DNA from: an uncultured Elusimicrobia bacterium
GTDB taxonomy: Bacteria > Elusimicrobiota > Elusimicrobia > JACQPE01
Reading direction: 5' to 3'
Assembly: GCA_964357255.1 (NCBI GenBank)
Contig: CAYHKQ010000042.1
Location: 1-22,317, forward strand
Length of the DNA: 22,317 bases
Both the position numbers and the translations under genes were made by a program. Shown here in pieces: positions 7,303-14,066 of the stretch; within the stretch, counting starts at the first letter, position 1, and each line of letters starts with the position of its first letter. The notes under the pieces are model-generated. The model was given only the letters and a program-made list of their open reading frames with translations, searched no databases and was not told where the DNA came from.

Positions 7303-8574
7303 TCAGATGCGCCGGTCCACTCGGCCGGTTTTTTTTCGGCCCAGGCCGAGGGCGTCGTGAAGGGTTCGCAGGGCGTCGAGGCCTTGGCGCTCGGCGATCA
7401 CACAGGCGATTTTGATGTCGGAAGCGGAAATCATTTGGATATTGATGCGCCGGCGGGCCAGGGTGTCGAAAACTTTAGCCGCGATCACCGAGTCATTTTT
7501 GAGACCTGCGCCGATAACGGAAATTTTGGCGCAGGACTCATCCACATCGATGCGCCCGGCGCCGATTTCGCGCCCGGCGCGCTTTAGGGCCGCCTGCGCC
7601 GCTTGACTCGCGGCGCGTTCGACCATGATTGAGATGTGATTGGTCCCATCGGTCAGGGCCGCGGACTGCACGATCATGTCGAGCGCAATGGCGTCTTTGG
7701 CCAGCTCGCGCAATATGATCGCGGCGACGCCCGGTTTGTCCGGCGCTTTTTGGATGGTAATTTTGGCGAGGCTTTTATTAAGAGCCACGCCTGAGATGAG
7801 GGGAGCTTCCATGGCGGAGCTTTTAGTTTTAGATGACGATTTCATGATCCACGTGCCCTCCTGATTGTTAAAACTGCATTTGACGCAGATGGGAACATTG
7901 TAGCGTTTGGCCATTTCAATGGAACGGGACTGCATGACCTGAGCGCCGGCTCCGGCGAGTTCGAGCATCTCGTCATACGAGAGGCGCTCAACTCGCCGCG
8001 CCCAAGGGACAAGGCGCGGATCCGCGGTATACACGCCTTCGACGTCCGTGTAAATTTCAGCGGCCCGGGCGCCCAGCGCCGCGGCCAGGGCCACCGCGGT
8101 CAAATCCGAGCCGCCTCGGCCCAAGGTCGTGATTTCGCCCTCGGCGTTCATGCCCTGGAATCCGGCCACGACGACTACTTTACGATGACCCAGACATTCC
8201 AGAATTTTTTTGGGTTTGATGCCTACGATTTTGGCCGTGGTGAACGAATTTGTGGATAGGATTCCGGCTTGGCCGCCGGTGAGCGAGACGGACATCGCGC
8301 CTTGGGATTTCAGAGCAATCGCAAACAGGGCGATGCTGATTTGCTCGCCCGTGGCCAAGAGCATATCCATTTCGCGCCGGTCCGGCTCGGGGCTGATGTT
8401 GCGGGCCAAATCTACGAGCTCATCCGTCATTTCTCCCGGCGCCGAAACCACGACCACGACGTCAAGGCCCTGTTTCTTGGCTTTGATAACTTTTTTTGCC
8501 GAGGACAGAATCCGCTCGGGATTGGCGACCGAAGTGCCGCCGAATTTCATGACAACGAGTTTTTTAACGGACAT
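7303..8574 (-). CDS. lysC: Aspartate kinase of 423 aa with C-terminal ACT regulatory domains.
   Basis: N-terminal MKFGGTSV... kinase motif. The pattern ...GRGGSDLTAVALAAALGA...YTDVEGVYTADPR is typical of aspartokinase. Its start overlaps the end of hom (8564..8574). Confidence 0.93.
   Translation of the reverse strand: MSVKKLVVMKFGGTSVANPERILSSAKKVIKAKKQGLDVVVVVSAPGEMTDELVDLARNISPEPDRREMDMLLATGEQISIALFAIALKSQGAMSVSLTGGQAGILSTNSFTTAKIVGIKPKKILECLGHRKVVVVAGFQGMNAEGEITTLGRGGSDLTAVALAAALGARAAEIYTDVEGVYTADPRLVPWARRVERLSYDEMLELAGAGAQVMQSRSIEMAKRYNVPICVKCSFNNQEGTWIMKSSSKTKSSAMEAPLISGVALNKSLAKITIQKAPDKPGVAAIILRELAKDAIALDMIVQSAALTDGTNHISIMVERAASQAAQAALKRAGREIGAGRIDVDESCAKISVIGAGLKNDSVIAAKVFDTLARRRINIQMISASDIKIACVIAERQGLDALRTLHDALGLGRKKTGRVDRRI
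7312..7336 (+). terminator. Candidate intrinsic terminator for the plus-strand GNAT gene. A 6-bp GC-rich stem (CCGGTC / GGCCGG, one G-U pair) with a 5-nt loop is followed by T8. It lies inside the 3' coding end of convergent lysC.
   Basis: The hairpin and T8 run are read directly. The same bases encode the lysC C-terminus (...GRKKTGRVDRRI). Confidence 0.35.
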
Positions 8575-9913
8575 CGCCCTCGAATCTCAAGCGAGACGCG
8601 ATTTGCACATCGGAGCCGAGGCCTTTGAAGCGAGTCAGCGCTTGGCGCATTGCGCGTTCTTTGGCGCGATGAGTCACGAGGATAATCGTCGCCCGGCCTG
8701 GTTTTGGCGTCAAGGCTCTCACCGGTCCTTGATGGACTTGGGCGATCGAGATTTCAGCTCGAGCCATGACTTGGGCTATTTTTGCCAAGACACCGGGCCG
8801 ATCCTTGGCATCCAGCCTTAAGTAATAAGAGGAAGAGACCTCATCCATAGGCTTGACCTTTGGGCGCTGTTCGGATGACGCGGCGTTCGTTGCCGGACGG
8901 GAGTCAAGGAGGCGTTTGGCCGCGTCCGCTAAATCGCTTAAGACCGCATTGGCCGCGGGCAGGGCGCCGGCCCCCTTGCCTTGGAAGTATAAATCCCCGG
9001 CCCGGTCGGTTTTGAGCCAGATGGCATTGTACTCGTCATGAACCGTGGCAAAAGGGTGTTTCGTGGGAATCAGGCAAGGATGGACGCGGAAATCCAGCTG
9101 GCCGTTGTCCTCGCGGCGAAAGAGGCCGAGCAAGCGGCAGGTGCGGCCCAAATGCTGCTGGGCGAAGAGGATGTCCGCGGTGTTAAGTCCGCTAATTCCC
9201 TCGATATGGGCCAGTCGCGGAGCCACCCAGGAGCCGCTTATTAAGGAAGCTAAAATAGAGAGCTTGTGAGCCGTGTCAATTCCTTCGATATCGAGCGTGG
9301 GTTTAGCCTCGGCTAATCCCAGGGCTTGGGCTTTTTTGAGCGCTTCGCCATAGCTTAATCCTTCATGAATCATCCGCGTCAAGATGAAATTCGTCGTGCC
9401 GTTTAATATGCCTTGAAGGGCCATGATTTTTGAGGAAGCCAGGCCTTCCCGGATCGAGCGGATAATGGGAATGGCGCTTGCCACGGACGCTTCGTAATAA
9501 ATCGCGCGGTTGTGTTCGCGGGAGGCCTGATGGATTTCCTCCCAGCAGGTCGCCAGGAGCAGTTTATTGGCGGTGATGACGTCTTTGGAATTAGCCAGGG
9601 CTTCAAGAATCAGTCGCCGCGCGTCTTCCAAGCCGCCGATAAGCTCGACGACGATATTAACCCGATTGTCCTTGAGCATCGGGCCAAAGTCCCGGGCGAC
9701 TTGGGTTTGGGACGAAATTCGTAATTTCGTTGTTTTGTTTCGCGGGTGCCGGTCAATGAGCCAAAGCAATCTGATTTTGGCGCCCAGGATTGCCTCCATG
9801 CGTCGGCGGCGTTCCTCAAAAAGTTGGCAAGTTGCCCGACCCACATGACCCAGGCCAACCAAGGCAATACCGACGGACAGGGAATTCATTGATGAGAGTT
9901 TACCTAACTCCAT
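8564..9913 (-). CDS. hom: Homoserine dehydrogenase with a C-terminal ACT domain. The likely true start is Met9 at 9889 (MNSLSVGIALVGLGHVG... gives a near-N-terminal GxGxxG NAD(P)-binding motif).
   Basis: GLGHVG Rossmann motif and the substrate-domain pattern NGTTNFILT...GLAEAKPTLDIEGIDTAHKL. The C-terminal ACT-like segment reads YYLRLDAKDRPGVLAKIAQV. It forms an operon with lysC, overlapping it by 11 nt. Confidence 0.9.
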   Translation of the reverse strand: MELGKLSSMNSLSVGIALVGLGHVGRATCQLFEERRRRMEAILGAKIRLLWLIDRHPRNKTTKLRISSQTQVARDFGPMLKDNRVNIVVELIGGLEDARRLILEALANSKDVITANKLLLATCWEEIHQASREHNRAIYYEASVASAIPIIRSIREGLASSKIMALQGILNGTTNFILTRMIHEGLSYGEALKKAQALGLAEAKPTLDIEGIDTAHKLSILASLISGSWVAPRLAHIEGISGLNTADILFAQQHLGRTCRLLGLFRREDNGQLDFRVHPCLIPTKHPFATVHDEYNAIWLKTDRAGDLYFQGKGAGALPAANAVLSDLADAAKRLLDSRPATNAASSEQRPKVKPMDEVSSSYYLRLDAKDRPGVLAKIAQVMARAEISIAQVHQGPVRALTPKPGRATIILVTHRAKERAMRQALTRFKGLGSDVQIASRLRFEGDVR

Positions 9914-10003
9914 GCCCCGTGTGAAATTTTACTCTTGATTGCAGGACTTTTTACTGGTAGACTTAATGCGTAGGGCGGTTGTCTTTGCCTGTAGGGAGGA
10001 AAC

Positions 10004-10633
10004 ATGAATTTGTTGCTATTTTTTTTGGCGGGCGCTTTGAGCGCGTCGCCGACCGCGCGTCTTGAGGTCGGCAAGGGAACGGTTCATTTGATGCGCGCGG
10101 GATCATCGGTTTGGTTGCCGATTGAAACAAACACGGAAGTGTTGCAAGGCGATAAGTTGAGAACCTATGCCGATACCAAGGCGATTTTAATTTTGGCCGA
10201 CAGCTCGACGGTCGAACTGCATCCTTGGAGCTTATTGCAGATTGACAGCCTCGATAGTCAGGGTCAGAATTTTCGTCTTGATATGGGTAGCGTTCGCTCG
10301 AGGGTGGCCAAGTTCATGAGGCGTTTTCAAGTAGCGACCCCTGTGTCTGTTTGCGCGGCGCGCGGAACGGATTACAATGTGGCCGTTGACCCCGACCAGC
10401 AGGGCAAGACCAGCGTCAGCGTCGCGGAAGGCAAGGTTTCGGTCAAGGACGACAAGGGCGGGGAGGTCTTATTGGCCAAGGGCGATTCGGTGATTGTTTT
10501 GGCCGAAGGATTGCAGACCCCGGCGCGTTCCTCGCCGTCCGAGGAGTCCGAGTCGCCGCCCCGGCGCCGGCGATTGTTTTACAGCGTGATGGGCGCGTTT
10601 GTTTTTATCGCGGTTGCGTTGGTTGCGATTTAG
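10004..10633 (+). CDS. FecR-domain protein of 209 aa with an N-terminal signal peptide and a C-terminal TM anchor (RRRRLFYSVMGAFVFIAVALVAI). It has no N-terminal anti-sigma domain.
   Basis: Two FecR-like beta segments (LEVGKGTVHLMRAGSSVWLPIETNTEVLQGDKLRTYADTKAILILADSSTVELHPWSLLQID, and ATPVSVCAARGTDYNVAVD...VSVAEGKVSV). A GGGAGGA Shine-Dalgarno-like sequence sits 4 nt before the ATG. Confidence 0.6.
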   Translation: MNLLLFFLAGALSASPTARLEVGKGTVHLMRAGSSVWLPIETNTEVLQGDKLRTYADTKAILILADSSTVELHPWSLLQIDSLDSQGQNFRLDMGSVRSRVAKFMRRFQVATPVSVCAARGTDYNVAVDPDQQGKTSVSVAEGKVSVKDDKGGEVLLAKGDSVIVLAEGLQTPARSSPSEESESPPRRRRLFYSVMGAFVFIAVALVAI

Positions 10634-10634
10634 T

Positions 10635-10778
10635 GAAAGCTCGTAACTACCCAGGTCCCCTTGGATTCGTCATACCGGCGAAAGCCGGTATCCAGTGAAG
10701 GCAAATCCAAAGAAGGCCTGGATTCCGGCTTTCGCCGGAATGACGGGGAAGGGGAACCTGAGTAGTTACGAAAGCTCG
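10635..10778. mobile_element. MITE-like palindromic element, about 126 bp core (10644..10769), flanked by a 9-bp direct repeat GAAAGCTCG (10635..10643 and 10770..10778), a putative target-site duplication. Terminal inverted repeats are GTAACTACCCAGGTCCCC and GGGGAACCTGAGTAGTTAC. Internal twin hairpins are TACCGGC-GAAA-GCCGGTA (GNRA tetraloop) and TTCCGGC-TTTC-GCCGGAA.
   Basis: Read from the sequence. It starts 1 nt after the FecR-gene stop. Translating across it gives the spurious N-terminus WIPAFAGMTG of track ORF 10695..11189, a peptide signature I recognise from repeat-derived ORFs in other genomes. Confidence 0.5.
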
Positions 10779-10805
10779 ATAATTTATAATATTAGCGAGA
10801 AGCTG

Positions 10806-11189
10806 ATGATTAAAAAATTAGCAATCATGGCGTTGATCCTTGGGGTCAGCCAAGCGAGCGCTTGTTTGCTCCAATGCCAAGGCATGAGCAGCCATCAAAA
10901 TCGCCGGCCACAAACTTCATCCGCGCATCATTGCTGTCCTAATTCCAAGCGGTCCAAACAAGTTCCTTCTCACCCCGGAGCTGTTTGTTGCCTGGTAAAA
11001 TTTCAATCTCAAGATTCAACCCTGAAAGTCGCTTCGTTTCAAAAGACCGATATCGTTTGGTTGCCGCAGAGTAGCGGCCCGGATTCGGCCCAAGTGTTTC
11101 GCGGCCCGGTCTTGGAATCCGTTCTTCCTCAAAAAATTCCCAAACCTCTTGTTTGGGCTATTCGCCTTCTTCGTTCTCCTCCAGCATAA
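10806..11189 (+). CDS. Small secreted Cys/His-rich protein of 127 aa. Signal peptide MIKKLAIMALILGVSQASA, then CLLQCQG, HHCCP and AVCC motifs. Possible periplasmic metal-binding or redox protein. The track start at 10695 is an artefact of reading through the MITE.
   Basis: In-frame ATG at 10806 followed by a canonical signal peptide. Cys/His clustering. It sits between two MITE-like elements just upstream of the cus-like operon. Whether the gene is real is uncertain. Confidence 0.35.
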   Translation: MIKKLAIMALILGVSQASACLLQCQGMSSHQNRRPQTSSAHHCCPNSKRSKQVPSHPGAVCCLVKFQSQDSTLKVASFQKTDIVWLPQSSGPDSAQVFRGPVLESVLPQKIPKPLVWAIRLLRSPPA

Positions 11190-11263
11190 AAACGCTCTTG
11201 CCGTAAATCCGGCCGTTGCGTTTTATAAGAAGTTTATTGCCGGACCTTAATATTTCGTTTACT

Positions 11264-11400
11264 TGTTTACACGACTCATGCAAAATACGCCCGCTCATGG
11301 TGAGCTTGTCGAACCATGAGCCTGACCAAGGGATTGGCTCATCCTTCGACAAGCTCAGGATGAGCGGGTTCAATCAATTTGCATGACTCGTATTGTTTAT
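11264..11400. mobile_element. Second, unrelated MITE-like element (core 11271..11391). Terminal inverted repeats are ACGACTCATGCAAA and TTTGCATGACTCGT (1 mismatch). It is flanked by a direct repeat TTGTTTA (11264..11270 and 11393..11399). Internal twin hairpins have 8-bp stems (GCTCATGG/CCATGAGC and GCTCATCC/GGATGAGC) and 13-nt loops that are exact reverse complements of each other (TGAGCTTGTCGAA and TTCGACAAGCTCA).
   Basis: Read from the sequence. Translation gives the spurious ORFs 11158..11373 and 11339..11674 containing LSLSKDEP and FDKLTMSG, peptide signatures of a widespread repeat family. Confidence 0.5.
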
Positions 11401-11423
11401 CGTGAGGTCCATATGGAGGTGAA

Positions 11424-12674
11424 TTGAAGATTATTCTAGCGCCAGCGTTTGTGGTCATGCTTATTGTTCCGGCTATGGCTGAGGAGACTGTTTTCATTTC
11501 GACGGGATCCCTTACATTGAAGGAAGCCTTGGCCGAGGCCCGCGAGCGCAGTCCTGAAATTTTAGCCGCCCGTAAATTTTGGGAGGCGCTTGCGAGCAGG
11601 CCGGTTGGGGCGGCCGCGCCGGAGAATCCCCGTCTGGATATTGAAAGAATGTACGCGAGCGGCGGAAGGAACATTATAACAGGGGCCGAGGAAAAAAATT
11701 TTATGCTCAGCCAGGAGATTCCTTTCCCGGCAAAACTTCATTTGAGAAAGCGGGTGGCTTTAAAAGCCGCGGCCATGGCGGAGCAAGGGTATTTGGCCAA
11801 GATCAGGGACGTGCTGGCCCGGGTCCGTTCGATCTATGCCATGCTTTATCTTTCACACAAAAATTTGGAATTGTTTAACGAGAATATTGAGTTGTTGCGC
11901 CGTTTTGCCAAGGTGGCTGAGTCAAAATACGCGGCCGGCCGCGCGAGCCAATCGGACGTCCTTAAGGCCCACGTGGAATTGAGCAAGATGCTTAATATGC
12001 TCGTGGTTGTTAATCAGGACAAGGAGGCGGCCGGGTTCATGCTCAACGCGCTTTTGGGCAGGGCCCCGGAGTCGGCATTAGGGGTTCCGGTTGATCTTGA
12101 TTCAAAAAAATTGGACTACAGTCTCGACGAGCTTGAGCGCCAAGCCTTGCAATCGCGTCCCCAACTGCTCGAAGCGGCGCTCGGCGTGGAGCGGGCCGCC
12201 GGCGCGCTTTCATTGGCCAGATCGGAATTTTTTCCTGATTTCATGCTTCAATACCGCCAGCGCCGCGATTCTATGCGTGGAAGTTCTCAGGACGCGATGA
12301 TTGGATTTACGATCCCTCTTTGGTTTTGGAAGCCCGCGGCCATGGCGGCCGAGGCCAAGTCGGAGTTGCAAATGTTTCAGGCCCAACTGCAGGCCACCAG
12401 GCTCATGACCCTGTCCGAGGTCCGCGCTTCCTTTGTCCGGGCCCGGACAAGCCAGCGCCTGATTGAACTTTATCGCAACGGCGTCTTGGCGCAGGCCGAG
12501 GGGGCGCTTAAAGTGGTTGAGGCGAGTTATCAGGCCGATAAGGCGAGTTTTCTGGACTTGGTGGACGGACAGCGCGCATTTTTGAATTTTAAGCTCGAAT
12601 ACTACCAATACATCGCCGAGTACGAACAACGCCTCGCGGAGCTAGAGCGCGCTGTTGGAAAGGAGTTGCTATGA
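11424..12674 (+). CDS. cusC: Outer-membrane efflux protein of 416 aa (TolC-like outer-membrane factor, CusC/CzcC type). TTG start 4 nt after a GGAGG Shine-Dalgarno sequence, followed by a signal peptide.
   Basis: Signal peptide MKIILAPAFVVMLIVPAMA. Two repeated alpha-helical coiled-coil/beta segments typical of OEP-family proteins. Its stop overlaps the next gene's ATG (ATGA at 12671..12674). Confidence 0.8.
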   Translation: MKIILAPAFVVMLIVPAMAEETVFISTGSLTLKEALAEARERSPEILAARKFWEALASRPVGAAAPENPRLDIERMYASGGRNIITGAEEKNFMLSQEIPFPAKLHLRKRVALKAAAMAEQGYLAKIRDVLARVRSIYAMLYLSHKNLELFNENIELLRRFAKVAESKYAAGRASQSDVLKAHVELSKMLNMLVVVNQDKEAAGFMLNALLGRAPESALGVPVDLDSKKLDYSLDELERQALQSRPQLLEAALGVERAAGALSLARSEFFPDFMLQYRQRRDSMRGSSQDAMIGFTIPLWFWKPAAMAAEAKSELQMFQAQLQATRLMTLSEVRASFVRARTSQRLIELYRNGVLAQAEGALKVVEASYQADKASFLDLVDGQRAFLNFKLEYYQYIAEYEQRLAELERAVGKELL

Positions 12675-14059
12675 GAAAAAATAAACTTGTGATTTTAATC
12701 CTTGCGGTTTTTATCTTTGGAGCCGGCGGCCTGGTTGTGCGGTTTCGCCGTGGAGCAAGTCATGGCGCTGGAGTCGCCCCAGAGGCGGTCCGTTATTATT
12801 GTCCGATGCATCCTACTTATACCTCGGATCGCCCCGGCGCTTGTCCGATTTGCAACATGTCTCTTGTGCCCATGGAGACGCCGGATGCTTCCGGGGCCGC
12901 GGCTCAGAATCCTGCCGGTTCCGGAAAAAAAGTCTGCCTGCTTCACAACTGCAACATGGCCAATTGCCCCATGGAGTTAGAACTCAAACCAGGCCAAAAG
13001 GTGACATGTCCCGTATGCGGGACTCATGTAGAGGAGGCGCAAGAGCTTGCTCAAGGAAAAATTCTCTATTACCGTCATCCCGTGCGGCCGGAGCTAACGT
13101 CCCCGTCGCTCAAAAAGGATGAGATGGGAATGGATTACGTGCCTGTCTATGCCGAGAAACAAGACGTTCGGGTTCCGGTCGGGGGCCAAGCCGGCGTGAC
13201 TTTGACGGCGGAGCGCCGCCGGCTCATTGGCATGGAATCGCAGGCATTGGTAAGACGTGATTTAAAATTTACGGTCAGGGCCAGCGGCCGCGTGGCTTAT
13301 GATCCTGATCTTTACAACGCCATTGCGGAATATCGGGAGGCTGTGCGGACTAAAGAACAGGTCAAGGAGAATTCCTGGCCCGATGTCCAGGATCGTTCCC
13401 AAGCTTTAGTGAGGGCTTCCCTTTTGAGATTGAGACAGTCGGGTTTATCTGAGTCTCAAATTGAAGATATTGCCCGGAGCACGGGGGCGCAGTCAACTAA
13501 TCTCCTTTTGGGAGGTTCCGAAGAAAGCGTCTGGGTCTATGCCCAGATTTATGAGTATGAGATTGGCTTTGTCAAATCCGGCCAGAGAGCCGAAATTACA
13601 ACCCCGGCTTATCGGGGACGGAAATTTTACGGCACGGTTAAAGCGGTGGACCCTATCCTTTCCGCGGAAACCAGGTCTCTTAAAGTCCGTATCGAGGTTC
13701 CCAATCCCGAGGGGCTCTTGAAGCTGGAAATGTATGTCAACGCGGAGATCCGCGTGGACATTGGATTTAAGCTTGCCCTTCCCGAGGAGGCGCTTATGGA
13801 GACGGGCGAGCGTCAACTCGTTTTTATTGACCTTGGCCAGGGGCGCATTGAGCCAAGAGAGGTGCGCATCGGCCAAGAGGCGAAGGGTTATTATGAGGTC
13901 ATCTCCGGCATCCGCGAAGGCGAGAGGGTCGTGACATCGGCCAATTTCCTCATTGACTCCGAGTCGAAACTGAAGGCCGCCATTTCAACCTCGAAGGACA
14001 AGGCCAAGGGCAAGGGCGACTCCCAACCCGCCGATTCTTTTTCGGAACACAGGCATTGA
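12671..14059 (+). CDS. cusB: Efflux RND periplasmic adaptor (membrane-fusion protein) of the CusB/SilB type, 462 aa. N-terminal TM anchor. It has a heavy-metal-binding motif YYCPMHPTYTSDRPGACPICNMSL, an additional Cys cluster CLLHNCNMANCPMELELKPGQKVTCPVCGTHV, and the degenerate YYRHPVRP...KDEMGMDYVPVY motif. The C-terminus is His-rich (SEHRH).
   Basis: The CPMHP...CPICxM motif is characteristic of Cu(I)/Ag(I) adaptor N-domains. Beta-barrel/lipoyl-like segments follow (VKAVDPILSAETRSLKVRIEVPNPEGLLKLEMYVNAEI). Translational coupling with cusC. Confidence 0.85.
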   Translation: MRKNKLVILILAVFIFGAGGLVVRFRRGASHGAGVAPEAVRYYCPMHPTYTSDRPGACPICNMSLVPMETPDASGAAAQNPAGSGKKVCLLHNCNMANCPMELELKPGQKVTCPVCGTHVEEAQELAQGKILYYRHPVRPELTSPSLKKDEMGMDYVPVYAEKQDVRVPVGGQAGVTLTAERRRLIGMESQALVRRDLKFTVRASGRVAYDPDLYNAIAEYREAVRTKEQVKENSWPDVQDRSQALVRASLLRLRQSGLSESQIEDIARSTGAQSTNLLLGGSEESVWVYAQIYEYEIGFVKSGQRAEITTPAYRGRKFYGTVKAVDPILSAETRSLKVRIEVPNPEGLLKLEMYVNAEIRVDIGFKLALPEEALMETGERQLVFIDLGQGRIEPREVRIGQEAKGYYEVISGIREGERVVTSANFLIDSESKLKAAISTSKDKAKGKGDSQPADSFSEHRH

Positions 14060-14066
14060 GGCTTTT

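Noticed and set aside
7306-7340. Hairpin plus T8 as a terminator for lysC.
   Set aside because: For the minus-strand lysC the T-run lies on the wrong side of the stem (it would read as an A-run) and is within the lysC coding sequence. It is plausible only as a terminator for the convergent plus-strand GNAT gene.
9914-10003. TTTTACT direct repeat (two copies about 23 bp apart) in the hom / FecR divergent intergenic region as an operator.
   Set aside because: It is a short AT-rich 7-mer and could easily arise by chance. No palindrome or conserved promoter context is visible.
10695-10805. The N-terminal 37 codons of track ORF 10695..11189 (MKANPKKAWIPAFAGMTGKGNLSSYESS...).
   Set aside because: They translate the right arm of the MITE-like palindrome. 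The recognisable repeat-derived peptide AGMTG and the in-frame ATG at 10806 with a proper signal peptide make the extension an artefact.
11158-11674. Minus-strand ORFs 11158..11373 (71 aa) and 11339..11674 (111 aa).
   Set aside because: Both read through the second MITE-like element (LSLSKDEP and FDKLTMSG peptides) and overlap the 5' end of the cusC-like gene. No signals support them.
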